Shown here one piece after another: positions 10,352 to 21,700 of a stretch of DNA of 64,000 nt (position 1 is its first letter; every line of letters begins with the position of its first letter). The position numbers were made by a program, and so were the translations under genes. The notes beneath the pieces were generated by a model, which worked only from the letters and a program-made list of their open reading frames with translations, did not search any database and was not told the origin of the DNA. The DNA is from an uncultured virus (IMG/VR IMGVR_UViG_3300042691_022988) (Duplodnaviria > Heunggongvirae > Uroviricota > Caudoviricetes): IMG/VR virus record IMGVR_UViG_3300042691_022988. One strand, written 5' to 3'.

Positions 10352-10998
10352 TATTTACATTCTTCTTCAGTCGCGAAGGTACAAAATTCATCGAGACTTT
10401 TGTATATTTTCGCGTACTTAGAAGTTGCAAATTTATCACGCCACTCCATTTTAACTCGCGCCCACTCTGGACCAGTTCTTACAGGTTGCGCCCGCTTTTC
10501 TTCCTTCGGGCCCGAAAAGATAAAATCAATCACAGACTTCTTGCTTGGGCGACCGCCATCCCTGCGCTTGTTCTCTATCATAACCCTTACCTCTGCCAGC
10601 TTCTCGTGATTTGCGTCTTCGAGCAATTCAACTAATTGACGAAGAGAAACGCATGACTCCAAACGCCCACGGGTTATTGAAACTTTCTCACGAACCGGCG
10701 GATCGCTGTCAAGAAATTTGATATCAAAGCCAAGTTCGCGCATAGCGAAGGTAAGGGACAGTATGTCTGCCTTGATTTGCGCGGTTCCCCGGTTGGGAAC
10801 TGAGGGGTAAATTGCGGAATGGGTGTCTGTTCGCTTCTCACGGTCTACATAAATTATCGTGTTGCTAATAGCGTAGTCGCTCTTACCTCTGTCAACCATT
10901 ACAATTGCAGTGGGAAACTTATCTTTTAGCTCCTTAATTAGTTCTCTATATTCTGCTAATTCATGCGGTGTAGGATCCGCTAATTTTAGTTCTATCAT
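10351..10998 (-). CDS. hypothetical protein
   Basis: 215-aa ORF coupled (TAATG) to the fibre gene; minus-strand TATATTTG just upstream (~11016-11023). Confidence 0.65.
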   Translation of the reverse strand: MIELKLADPTPHELAEYRELIKELKDKFPTAIVMVDRGKSDYAISNTIIYVDREKRTDTHSAIYPSVPNRGTAQIKADILSLTFAMRELGFDIKFLDSDPPVREKVSITRGRLESCVSLRQLVELLEDANHEKLAEVRVMIENKRRDGGRPSKKSVIDFIFSGPKEEKRAQPVRTGPEWARVKMEWRDKFATSKYAKIYKSLDEFCTFATEEECK

Positions 10999-11025
10999 AT
11001 CGCTTTGTTGAGATGCAAATATACT

Positions 11026-11056
11026 AAAAAAGAAAACCCAAGCCGCTGCCTGGGTT
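11026..11056 (-). terminator. intrinsic terminator
   Basis: AACCCAGGC-AGCG-GCTTGGGTT then TTCTTTTTT on the minus strand. Confidence 0.7.
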
Positions 11057-11136
11057 AACCAACAATAACACTAAACACATTTGTATTACCAAAACCGGGG
11101 CGAAGGTATGTGCAGATTTTACACAAACCAAATTAT

Positions 11137-11167
11137 TTTGTATTAATTAAGAAATGTCATATATTTG
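11137..11167 (+). promoter_or_regulatory. Bacteroidota promoter (TTTG-N19-TATATTTG)
   Basis: both -33 and -7 elements at canonical spacing; no plus-strand ORF downstream. Confidence 0.7.
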
Positions 11168-11171
11168 CATC

Positions 11172-11245
11172 GCAAGTTCGCGCACGTTTGTGCAGTCGGG
11201 AGACGAGAACTTTGAGGGCGGGCTGATCACCGCCCTCTGTGTTTT
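11172..11245 (+). ncRNA. candidate small RNA
   Basis: promoter upstream; three-way junction closed by AAGTTC/GAACTT; GAGGGCGG/CCGCCCTC hairpin with T-rich tail. Confidence 0.5.
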
Positions 11246-11278
11246 ATAGAAGGTACAATCGGGAAAACGTCTTAAAAC

Positions 11279-11488
11279 TTAGGCTCTTTTCTTTTGAGAC
11301 TTCTTGTAGTGACCATAAAGAACTACAAGAGAAACAATGCAAGCAAGAAATAGGGAGGCAATACGGAAGGCCCATTCAGCCTGTTCCTGCCATGAAACTA
11401 CGGCGGCAAAACTAGTTAACAAAACCGACGCCAAACCATCTACATATCCTTGTCCTGTCATATCTGTATGATTGATATCATGCTGCAT
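11279..11488 (-). CDS. small two-TM membrane protein, candidate holin
   Basis: two hydrophobic segments and a basic C-tail; minus-strand TATATTTG at ~11497-11504. Confidence 0.55.
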   Translation of the reverse strand: MQHDINHTDMTGQGYVDGLASVLLTSFAAVVSWQEQAEWAFRIASLFLACIVSLVVLYGHYKKSQKKRA

Positions 11489-11523
11489 TGCGCTTACAAA
11501 TATAGTTCATCATTGCCTTACGA

Positions 11524-14500
11524 TCATTCATCTTTTTTCAAAATATCTTTGATTTGTGACTTTTGTGACCGCAATTCTTTTTTTATTTTTTTATCCAGAC
11601 CTTCTTCACTTACAGTGAAAGATGTCTTAGCAAGATTGGTTGCTTCAGTTTTTAATGCCTGTAGATATTTTGAAAACTTTTTATTATCCATTTTAGATAA
11701 CTCATCGTAGTTTTCTTCTAGCGCTTTCTTAATGTACCCGCCCCTTATCTTGGCAAACTTATATGCTTGTTCATCAGTTACTTGAACCTCTTGATTGTTT
11801 TTGTCTACATACGTTTCTGGTGCAGTAGGGGTCCCAATTGTTTGCTTCTTATCGATAACAAGTTTCCAAAGTTTATCTTCTGGCTTGCCTTTTTCAGTGC
11901 TAAACATGAGATCGGTATCATAGGTAACCTCGTCACCCAAGGCATTGATCATGTTGTTATACTTGTCTCTTGCAACAGGGACGTCGCGAAGCATTCGTCC
12001 TAAGTAAGTATCCTTAATATCTTTCTGCGGGATATCCATAATCTCAGAAATCTTCTGGGCGGTCTGAGTGTAGAAGTTTGGAAGAAGAATAGCACCCGCC
12101 GTTTTCTTGAGTGACTCACCAACATTATCCATTAGGTTCTCATCCCTCTCATCAAACATGGCCGACAAGAAGTCTTCACCACTTGACAAGAATGTTTGAT
12201 CAAGGAATGATCTCATAAGAGCGGTACTAGCAAAACCAGCCTTAGCATATCCATTTTCAGATATATCCTCACCTTTATAGTTCTCAGCATCATTTAGCGC
12301 ACCGATAAATGAGAACCCAACCATGAATGGAGTTGTCTTATAAGACATCCATGGAGAATACTCGCCGGTTACAGGGTTTTTAACACGTAATGAATACTGC
12401 TGCCATCCAGTTTCCGCAAGCTCTTTGTTCTTTTTGTAATCACCGAAACCATTAGTAGTGATCTCAAGGATCGGCTCGTCATCATCGTCCTTCAATTTAG
12501 TCAACAAATAAACCGTAGCCATCAACGCAGTACCCATAGTTGCCTTGATCATAAGCTCGGTTCTATGCTGGGCGTTCCAATCCCTTTGCGGTTTCTGTCC
12601 ACTAATGGTTCCACCCTCCCTAACGCCCCTTGCAAAACCAATAGGCGTGTAATTCAGAGTCTCATTGGCCACGTTAGAAATTACATTAACAAATGGGATC
12701 ACGAATTTAAGTGGTGGGAAATCTCTGGAAGCAGAGTTCATGTAAGTGGAAAGCATTCCAAGCAATCCCGTGGGCTGGTAATTGAATGTCCCTCTGGCAG
12801 CGTAATCCTTGGCCTCCTGCATGATTTCTTCTGGACGACCCTCTTCAAGAAGTTCATGAATTCGGAACCGCTCATCTACACGAGCAAAATCCATCTGCTT
12901 TTTAAACTCCTCTTTGGTTATTTCACCATTGGTAAGTTGCTGATTTAATTCAGCTTCCCTTTCCTTACGTTCCTTTTCGGCCTGCTTAATTACTTTGTCC
13001 TTTCTCTCGTCATTACGATTCAATATCTCAAGAGTCTTGTCACGCAGTTCTTTACGAGACATTCCTTCATTCTCGGCAGCTGCCTTCTTGTAAGCCATCT
13101 GGAATGATCGCATTTGACGCAGACCTTCAAAAGCCACAACGTCTACAGCGGTCATTAGACGACGAACGTATTTTGCGTAGTTAAGCGGGTTGAACTTACC
13201 GCCCTTGAACTTAGTTCTTTCAAGAATGGTAGGTGTTTCAGACTTATCACGAATAGGACTGTAACCGGTTTTCAGTGTATCTAATCCTTCGAAGAATCCC
13301 CTCTTCCAACCAACAGCCAAACCTTTTGCAAGCATTCTGCGGCTTGTGTTTTTCTGAGCAGAAGCAGTTATAAATAGCGCTCCTGTATTGTACAAGTTGG
13401 CGATCGCGTTGATCGTTTGTGTTTTCCAACCAGAGAGGATGCTTGCCATCCACACAGCCTGAGTTGCATCAAACCATGAGAAGCCCTTCATGTTCTCCTG
13501 ATAGGTCAATAAATCCTGAACAGCCCTCAACTCTTCACGCTCTGTCTCGGCTTCCTGCACCTTGTTGGCCAGGTCTTGTATGTTCTTGGCGTCTTCAGCG
13601 GACAATCCTTCAATGCCCAATGACTCAGCAAGCGCATCATTAACCATAGCCTCGGTTACCGCGCCAAGGTTAGATGCTTCAACCAACTTCTCAAAGGCTT
13701 CTTTCTTCTTAGAAGGCTCGCCCTTGCGTGGCATATATCTCTTTATAGCACTTTCCTTCCTTTCCTTTACAATCTTTTCAAACTCTGTCTGCACTTTGTC
13801 AGCAAGAACATCTGCTTCAGCCCCAGTCAAACCAGCCTCGTTGACAAACTTATCTACCAAATCTTGCTTGGTAGCTTCAACCTCGGAGTAGTGCTTTTTA
13901 ATCAAGTCACTAATCTTCACGTTCATTTCCTTCAACCCCTTCTTGACTCCGGCCTCGGTAGCCATGTAAGCCACGAGCTTGTCAAGTTTCTTCTGGGCTT
14001 TTACAGCGTCTCGGTCAAGCTGCTCTTGCGCTAGGATCGCCTTGTAATCATTGAGGATTTGGTTGAATGCATCGTTGCCAGTAGCCGCATCAATAGCGTC
14101 TGCCATTTCTTGCAGCTTTTCTAACTTAGACCTCCTATCGACTTGCTTTGGAAGTTGCTGGGACATCATAGTTCCAAACTTCTTCACGTTCTTGTCAATC
14201 TCTTTCTGTGCAGCCTCAGCGTTCAGGCGATCGGTGGCAGCATCATAACTTGATTGCAAGTAGTCAGATACTTTGTCACCAAAATCCTCAGCCATTCGCT
14301 TGGCAAAGTCAGCAAAGTTTCTAGCCCCCGCCTCAATGTGGAACATCGCCACCTCAACCAGTTCGGGCGGAGGAGCCACGGCACTAAACATTTTGCCCTT
14401 CAGCGCTTGCTTTGCCTTCTCGTATCGCTCCTTGGTTACGAGTTTATTCTTAGCTCCATATGCCGCAGGGCGTTTAACAGTACGAACAGTGGCTGTTGTC

Positions 14501-15210
14501 TTCTCTACCTCTTTCTCTACAATTTTAGCCACATCGCCTGCGGCCTTCTTGTTTATTGAGTTAAGTTCATTCTTGAGAGCCTTGGTATCAGACGCATATT
14601 TCTTGAGAGTCTTCTCGCGAGACTTTTTGATCTGACGAGTAACCGCAAGCACCGCCCCTTCTGGGGTTAAACGAGCAAACAACGACAATGCTTGAATAGC
14701 TTGACCAAAGTCGGTGGCCAATTCAGCAATGCTCTCAACCAACTCAACCGCACGTTGGGTCTCTCCATTAGCCGAGAATCGCTTGATCAGGACTTGAGCA
14801 AGGGTAATTCTAAATGCCGTAGGCATATTTTTACTTCCTGTAAGGGCAATCTTCTCTGCCTCATCTATACCAACTGAATCTATAATTCCGTTAGCAGCAG
14901 ATACTGATAAATCATTAGGAAGAACCTCATAGTTAACTCTATCCTCAGAGAAAGCAGCCTTTACATTATCCGGGATATCTTCGTTTTCTTCTACAGACTT
15001 AACGAATCCACGTTTTTTAGTAGGACCCGGTTTAGGCCTCGCTGCCTCTACTGGACTTTCACCCTTCAAGGCATTTGTATTTATAGTTCCGTCGGCGATG
15101 AATTTCTCCAGACCTCCATTATAGAGCATCTCCATATAGTCCTCGAAGGACATTTCCTTGGGAGCTGCATTTGGGGATGTTTTTATGGTTACCTTACAGG
15201 GTGCTGCCAT
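11524..15210 (-). CDS. large virion/ejection protein with polyvalent-protein-like C-terminal region
   Basis: 1228 aa, helical; ARGTFNY..G, VIPFVNV..N and hydrophobic segments resemble C-termini of phage large polyvalent proteins. Confidence 0.65.
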   Translation of the reverse strand: MAAPCKVTIKTSPNAAPKEMSFEDYMEMLYNGGLEKFIADGTINTNALKGESPVEAARPKPGPTKKRGFVKSVEENEDIPDNVKAAFSEDRVNYEVLPNDLSVSAANGIIDSVGIDEAEKIALTGSKNMPTAFRITLAQVLIKRFSANGETQRAVELVESIAELATDFGQAIQALSLFARLTPEGAVLAVTRQIKKSREKTLKKYASDTKALKNELNSINKKAAGDVAKIVEKEVEKTTATVRTVKRPAAYGAKNKLVTKERYEKAKQALKGKMFSAVAPPPELVEVAMFHIEAGARNFADFAKRMAEDFGDKVSDYLQSSYDAATDRLNAEAAQKEIDKNVKKFGTMMSQQLPKQVDRRSKLEKLQEMADAIDAATGNDAFNQILNDYKAILAQEQLDRDAVKAQKKLDKLVAYMATEAGVKKGLKEMNVKISDLIKKHYSEVEATKQDLVDKFVNEAGLTGAEADVLADKVQTEFEKIVKERKESAIKRYMPRKGEPSKKKEAFEKLVEASNLGAVTEAMVNDALAESLGIEGLSAEDAKNIQDLANKVQEAETEREELRAVQDLLTYQENMKGFSWFDATQAVWMASILSGWKTQTINAIANLYNTGALFITASAQKNTSRRMLAKGLAVGWKRGFFEGLDTLKTGYSPIRDKSETPTILERTKFKGGKFNPLNYAKYVRRLMTAVDVVAFEGLRQMRSFQMAYKKAAAENEGMSRKELRDKTLEILNRNDERKDKVIKQAEKERKEREAELNQQLTNGEITKEEFKKQMDFARVDERFRIHELLEEGRPEEIMQEAKDYAARGTFNYQPTGLLGMLSTYMNSASRDFPPLKFVIPFVNVISNVANETLNYTPIGFARGVREGGTISGQKPQRDWNAQHRTELMIKATMGTALMATVYLLTKLKDDDDEPILEITTNGFGDYKKNKELAETGWQQYSLRVKNPVTGEYSPWMSYKTTPFMVGFSFIGALNDAENYKGEDISENGYAKAGFASTALMRSFLDQTFLSSGEDFLSAMFDERDENLMDNVGESLKKTAGAILLPNFYTQTAQKISEIMDIPQKDIKDTYLGRMLRDVPVARDKYNNMINALGDEVTYDTDLMFSTEKGKPEDKLWKLVIDKKQTIGTPTAPETYVDKNNQEVQVTDEQAYKFAKIRGGYIKKALEENYDELSKMDNKKFSKYLQALKTEATNLAKTSFTVSEEGLDKKIKKELRSQKSQIKDILKKDE

Positions 15211-15701
15211 TAGAACAGTTTTTCTTCGAGAAGTAACAACTTGAATTTATCCTTACCATCTACATCTTCGAGCAGGTTCAGCTTGTCGCTGTATTCCGCC
15301 ACAGACTTGGTCTGAATAAGACGGAACTGCTGCAAGAAGTCAAACGTGCAAAGATCCATGTTGAAAAGTTTTTTTGACGTTTCCTCGTAAGCCTCATAAA
15401 GATCGTACTCGATCTTGTAAGCCTCTTCCAGAACCTCAAGCAGGGTTGAGAATTCTATGCGTGGCTTGGGTACAGTTGGAAGCGGAACGGTGATGTTCCA
15501 GTCTACCAAGTACTTCTCAATCTTTGCGGCGTGTTCAAGTTCATCCTGAGACTCGGCAGCAAAGAAGGCCGCAGCCTTGAAGTATCCAACACCCTGACAC
15601 CAATTGCTGGCAGCACGATAGAAATAAAATGCGTCCATCTCGTCAAGATGACGTGGAGCTAATAGGTCTACTACACCTTTGTCTAAGCTATGAGGTTTCA
15701 T
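15210..15701 (-). CDS. ferritin (non-haem FtnA-like)
   Basis: EMDAFYFY, WC..GY..AAAFF..ESQDELEHA, D.CTFDFLQ ferritin motifs. Confidence 0.85.
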   Translation of the reverse strand: MKPHSLDKGVVDLLAPRHLDEMDAFYFYRAASNWCQGVGYFKAAAFFAAESQDELEHAAKIEKYLVDWNITVPLPTVPKPRIEFSTLLEVLEEAYKIEYDLYEAYEETSKKLFNMDLCTFDFLQQFRLIQTKSVAEYSDKLNLLEDVDGKDKFKLLLLEEKLF

Positions 15702-15707
15702 GTTTTA

Positions 15708-18700
15708 TTACGGACAACCGTCGGTTTTATCTGTTATCACACCTGCGTTTTGCAGCTGCTTGTTAATCTCTTCAATATTTCTGTAAATATACTTCAACTT
15801 AGGGTCAGACTCCAAAATCTGTGTATTAGCGGCCTTGGATTCTCTGTCTCCTTTGTAGTAATTGTCGATGATGTTTGCAATTGTAGCCTTGATCCCTGTA
15901 GGTTTTGCCACCGGAGCCTTTGGCGTTACACCGAACTCATCCTTGATGATTTCATCGAACTGCTCTTTCTGCTTTGGAGTCAACTCGCTATACCAATCCT
16001 GGCTGGTTATGTTGTCCTCTACAGCAGTCTGGGCATCAACTCCGTCAGCAATCGCCTCATCAACGGAATCCATAGAGTCTTCCATCAGGCGTTGAACCTC
16101 AGCTGAGGTACGCTTGACCATTGATGGCTGACCCTTAGCCATTTTGCTCTTTACATAGTCTATTTCATCCTGAACAAAACTTCTATCGTTGTCCGTCAAT
16201 CTCAAAAGACTTATCCCATTGATATATTCTAATGGAAACTGACGTTCGGTGAGTTGTGTATATGGCGCAGCCTTTCCAGATATAGCACCTGTATCAACAA
16301 ACTCTTGTAGTACTTTGATATAATTTTCTGGCGTGTACACATCTACACCACCCATATCATTAGCTACAAAGTATTTTTTGCGATCAATTGCTTCATCGAT
16401 TCTTTTATCCAAAGCATTACGCTTGACCATTGATGGTTGGCCTTGTTTGGAAACAATCTTTGGAAGTCTACCCTCAGACAAGTCCTTAGCAATCTCAGCA
16501 AGCTCTTGGGCCGTGAATTTGCGTGGGTTCTTACCGTCCGAGCCAGTCTTGATGTTCTCAAACGTGTCAAGATCGAAAAGCGATTCCTGACCAGCAAGCT
16601 CCCCAAACTTCAACGCCACATCGCGGTACTCCCTTGGGATTACGATGTTCAAGTCGTATGACACCTCCGGACGGTCTGGGAACTTGTAAAGTCCGATCTT
16701 AAAGATGTCGCTGGAAATATTCCCTTCGTTATCCTTCAAGAACTCAAACAATCCTTCTGCGCTAACGTCATCCTGAGCCACGTTGATTGAACCAGCAGGA
16801 ACCACAAGACCTCCGTCCTCATATGTACTACCGTCGAGGTTAAGTGTTGCGCCGTCCTCGCTTGTAGCAGCCTTGATTCGGTCAACGGTTCCCGATACAT
16901 TATCGGAGAACTGTTTTACACCGCGAGGAATGCCAATAGAAGCCTGACCTTTTTTACCGAACAACAATCCACGAACACGGGCAGCATCTGCCTGCATTGA
17001 CTTGGGAAGAACCTTCGTCATCATGTCGTACTCCTCAGGAGTAATGTCGCGCTTGAACTCGTTGTCTTCGTACTTATTCTCAGTAACCTGACCACTCATG
17101 TACACGCTGTCAGCGAGCTGGTATTCCTTGCTTGAGAACTTCTTCTTGGATGACATAATATCACGCACCTCAGAGGCAATAGACTCAAGCTCCTGCTTGG
17201 CCTGTTCGCTCTGCTGACTTGGGAATGGAATACGCTCCATGCCCTTCTCAGCGTTGGATGTGAATGACTCTGGCTTCTCTTTAGTTGGCTTGAGCGGCAC
17301 GAGGGCGTCTGCACGGAACTCTGGGAGTTCACCGGCTGGCTTGCCTGTTCTGCTGTACGACCACTCTCCGACAATCATCTCATAGCCGTTCTTCTTGGCC
17401 ATGTCTGCGATTTCACGCTTCACAGCCTCGCCACGGAATGGAGTGCCTTGTGGAATTTTAGCCTCCGCCTTCTCGCCATATCCAAGTGGATCGGAGTCGA
17501 TCGGATAAACCTTAGCCTTAGGAACACGCACCGCATACTTCTCTCCACCTACCATTCTCTCGCCATCCTCTGGTCGAGTGTAGTAAGACGCTACTCCATA
17601 CTGAAGCCCCTTCTCTTCCCTTGCGGTTCTGAGTGATGTGTACTTCGTGCTGTCAATGCCCTTTCTGATCGATGCTTCCGGCGCCGATGATACGTGGAAG
17701 AAGATGTAATCGTTCTTGTCCTCTGTCAGACCTGACTCGTAGTAGGTGTCCTTTACAAGATTGTTTCCGCGCTTGATGCCTTTGGATGGCTGAACTGTTG
17801 GAACAGTTTCTTCATCTATGTCTACCTCATCTATAGTCTCACCCTGCTCAGAATCTTTGATTGTATAATTAAATGAGTTGCCTGAGTTTTTCCACTTTTC
17901 GTATGTTTTGTTTGCGGCATCTTCATAACTTATGCCTTGGATTGGTTTGGTAACCCCAAGTTTTTTATACAAGTTTTTCTCGAAATACCACAATATAGCC
18001 TGGATATCAGCTATGGTGACATCTATACCAGATCGCTTTAATTTCTTTTGAGTATCAATAAATGCATCATACATGAATTGACGATCCTTAGCTCCAAAAG
18101 GAGCATCGTTCAATTCTACATATAATTTCTTGTAAAGAGTATTAGCTGCCTTTTCAGCTGGAGTACCTTTCTTGTATCCCTTATCTTCATAAGTATCGTG
18201 ATCTTGAACGATCCTGGCTAACACCTCTTCTTCTGAAGCATCTTTTAATCCAGCAATTTCGCGATATCTATCTATACCTAACGCTTCTCCTTTTTTGTTG
18301 TAACCTCTGGTTATTTGAGGAATAAGAGTGCCTCGATATCTATTGAATGTTCGAGACCACCATCTGTCAAGGGTTGGATACTGTTCCATGCCGCTTAGGT
18401 TGGCGTAGAACATCCCGAGTTTAGGACCAAAAATTGAAGCCGCCAAAGGAACTTTGAAAGAAGCCGGCCACTTTGTGTCAAGTTTCTCAAGCCCCTGTGC
18501 TTTTCTCTGCTGATTTAATTCAGATATTGATTCAATGGTCAAGAGTTCTTTTTTAATGGCTTGAACATCTCCATTGTATTTGTCAAGCAAATCCTGGATG
18601 TTCCTGAAGTTGACCATATAAGATTCCGCACGTTGGGCCTTAGCTGTAGTTGGCATCTTGCCGGTCTCTTTGTAATTCTTATATGCCAAACTAGCTTGCT

Positions 18701-21700
18701 GGAAATTTTGCATTACCTCAGTTCCATCTGAAGTTATAGCAACCAACATTGTAAAGAGATCTCTTGCGTTTTGATCATCTTTCATTTCTGGGAAAATAGC
18801 AGCCATTGCATCAAGTCCTTTTTGGAACTTTTCACCATACCAACCTTTTCCGCTATTTTCACCAAATGCTTCTACAAAGAATCTAACTTCATCGGCCATG
18901 AAAGACGATATCGCTTTTAAAGCCTTTTCAGATCTATCTTCTCTGGATATGATTCCATATAACTCTCTTGATCTTTTTTCAAGAGCTTCCCCAATTTTTC
19001 TAGTAGTATTGACACCCTTTTTCAGTCCATACTTAACAAGGCTTTCCTTGCCTTTGGCGATGCTAACCGCTCTTTTTTGAGCGCCAACTTTATTCTGGAA
19101 CTCACCCACATTTTCCTTCCCAACAACATCACTAATCTTACCGCCTTTGTTCAACGCCTTTGACAACTGATCAGCCAAACGCTTCACCTCCATTCGTGGA
19201 GAGTTTACCGCGATAGGCTTCAGTCCAAGCATCTTGGCCAGCTTGTTCATGAACTCGATGAACTTCTCACGGAAGCTAGGCTCGAATGTATCAATGTCAA
19301 TATCCCCGGCAGCTACACGAGCCATAGTTTCAACTACAGTTTCTTCTTCGATTGCAGATGGACCTTGCTCTTGGTAGTATCCAGAAGAAGCGACAGCCTC
19401 AGCAGCCTCAGCTACTCCAGCGTTCTTAACCGCCTCTGCTTTCAGACCATCAACAATGGCCCTGTAAAGTTTCGGGTTAGTGTTGCGAATGATGTTTACA
19501 ACTGGGTGGATACCCTCGTGGAATGCAATCGTCTTACCTTCTGCGCCTTTGATTCTCTCCTTGTTGAGGTAAATCTTACCAGTGTTATTATCTACTAAGA
19601 ATATACCGTCGGCACTACCCTCGAAGTTACGTTGCTTACCCTTTTCCTCAAACGATTTCGGATCGAGAACCTCAACTCCAATGTTGGCCTCTCCAAGGAA
19701 GCTGGCCACCTTCTCAGCAGCAATCTCCCCTTCCGATGTTTCAAACATCTTAGCCAGACGCTCACGACGGCTAGGCTTAACAACTGGTTCAACGGTGACT
19801 TCGGGAGTAACTTCAGGGGCTGTCTCTTGGTCTTTGAGAGATTGTAATTTGTTAAAAAGTTTTGCAGCGTCGGGAGAAATTCGTTTAGATTTTTCAAAAC
19901 GGACTTTTGCTCCTTTTTGCTCAATCTGTTTTATTAATTCAGTTGCTACTCCTTTTCTTGAAAACTCAGGGGCTACCGCAAGATGCTGTACACCTCCATC
20001 ACTTTGTAATTCTATAACGCCAACTTTATTTCCATTACCATCAATAGCGCTAATACTTTCCTTATCCCCTTTATAAGTTAGCGGCGATTCAACATCTAAT
20101 TCCCCCCTTTGTTTTGCTCTATTGTACGACTTACCAACGCCTATTGTGTCTAATATCCTAGTTACATAAGATGATTTACCTTCCCTGCTTTCTTTATTAG
20201 AAGCAAAGGCGTCACCCTCTCCTTCGTAATTCCAATTACTTTTAATCTTTTCGGTTGGAGTTACTTCTTCTTGTGCTTGAAGTACTCCACCTGCTTCAGG
20301 CGCTTCTGCGCTTGGGACTTCGACAGGTTGGGCTTGGATAGGTTCTTGCCCTTCTCGGACTTGACTTGGTATCCCTTGGATGTTTTCTTGATCACGTGCT
20401 TCTGTTTTTGTTTCAGCAGTTCCTTCGAGTGTACGAATGTCCTGCTCTAATTGTTTTTGAACACTTGCGATTTGACCGCGAGTCATCATCCGATTTGGAT
20501 CAGACTTCATGTCGGTCAACTCCTTGTACTTCTTGTATAGATAATTTGACGCAGCCTGCTTTACAGACTGGGCCACAGGTAATCCCTGTTCGGTTCTTTC
20601 CACCGCGAATGGAACCATTGGCTTCATGTCGCTAAGGAATGTATCAAGTTCGCTTACACCCTTTTCCTCACGCTGCTTCTGGAGTTCTACGATTTCCTGG
20701 TCGCGTTCGTCTTCCTGAACCGGGAACTCTTCGCCCTCCATAGATTTATTGAAATCGTCCTCAATGGCCTTGAGCTTTGCATCCTTAGCCTTCTGTTTTT
20801 CCTGCTCTAATTGAATGGAGAACATTTCGTTCACCTCGTCTTCGAGCCTCTTGATCTCAGCGTCCTTTCTCTCATCAGGAATACGAAGCTCTTTCATCCG
20901 CTCCTGCTCCTTCTTCATTACATCAGCCTGTTGAGCCAAAGCAAATGCGTGGTCTTGCTCCTCTTTAGACATTTGATTCCATCCAGAATGTGCCTTCATC
21001 GCATCAAGTATCTCCCCAGCATCTTCAACTTCCTTCTTTCCTTCCGGGCTTACTTTGCGGTCTGCGTCTGTGCCTTGAGCAAAAAATTTATCTCTATTCT
21101 CAACAATCTGACGCATCACTTCTTCCTGAACTGGACTCTTAGGTGTCGCCTTCGAAAACATAGAACTAGCACCAGATATGCTACCAGCAGCAATAAAACT
21201 TCCAATCGCAGCATCAACGTAGTTATCTACATTGAATGTATCGTTAAAATATGTTTTTTGGCTTCTATTGTTGATTATCTCTTTCGCTGTATCCTCGGCT
21301 AAATTTTGCGGAAGTTCTTCTGCAAAAAATTCTTTTCCACCACTTTTAACGATGTTCGAACCAAGAGTTAATGCGTTTTCTGGTAACGCTGAAATAGCAT
21401 TTTTAAAAGCCAATTTAGCAGCTTCCTTGGCTGGAAGCCCAGACTTCATTGCTTGCATCGTTCCAGAAACAACACCTTTTTTAAACCCTACAGCATTCAG
21501 ATATCCTATATCCGGCATAATCGTTTCAAACAAGGCCATTTGTGCTGCCAAATAAGTACCTGTTATTGCGGCGTCCTGTGGAGACATTCCACCTTCTAAT
21601 GCCTCTTGGTAATAATTAGATTCTTGGGTTAGAAAAGCCGTGGCGTATGTAGCCGCTCTTTGCCCTAACTTAGTGGCTCCTCCAGTGGCTCCTCCAAGCG

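Noticed and set aside
19285..19310. GDIDID in the 2424-aa protein as a crAss-type RNA polymerase DxDxD motif
   Set aside because: It lies just after the zincin HExxH..EE helix, with no other recognisable RNAP motifs; probably coincidental, and a fold search would settle it.
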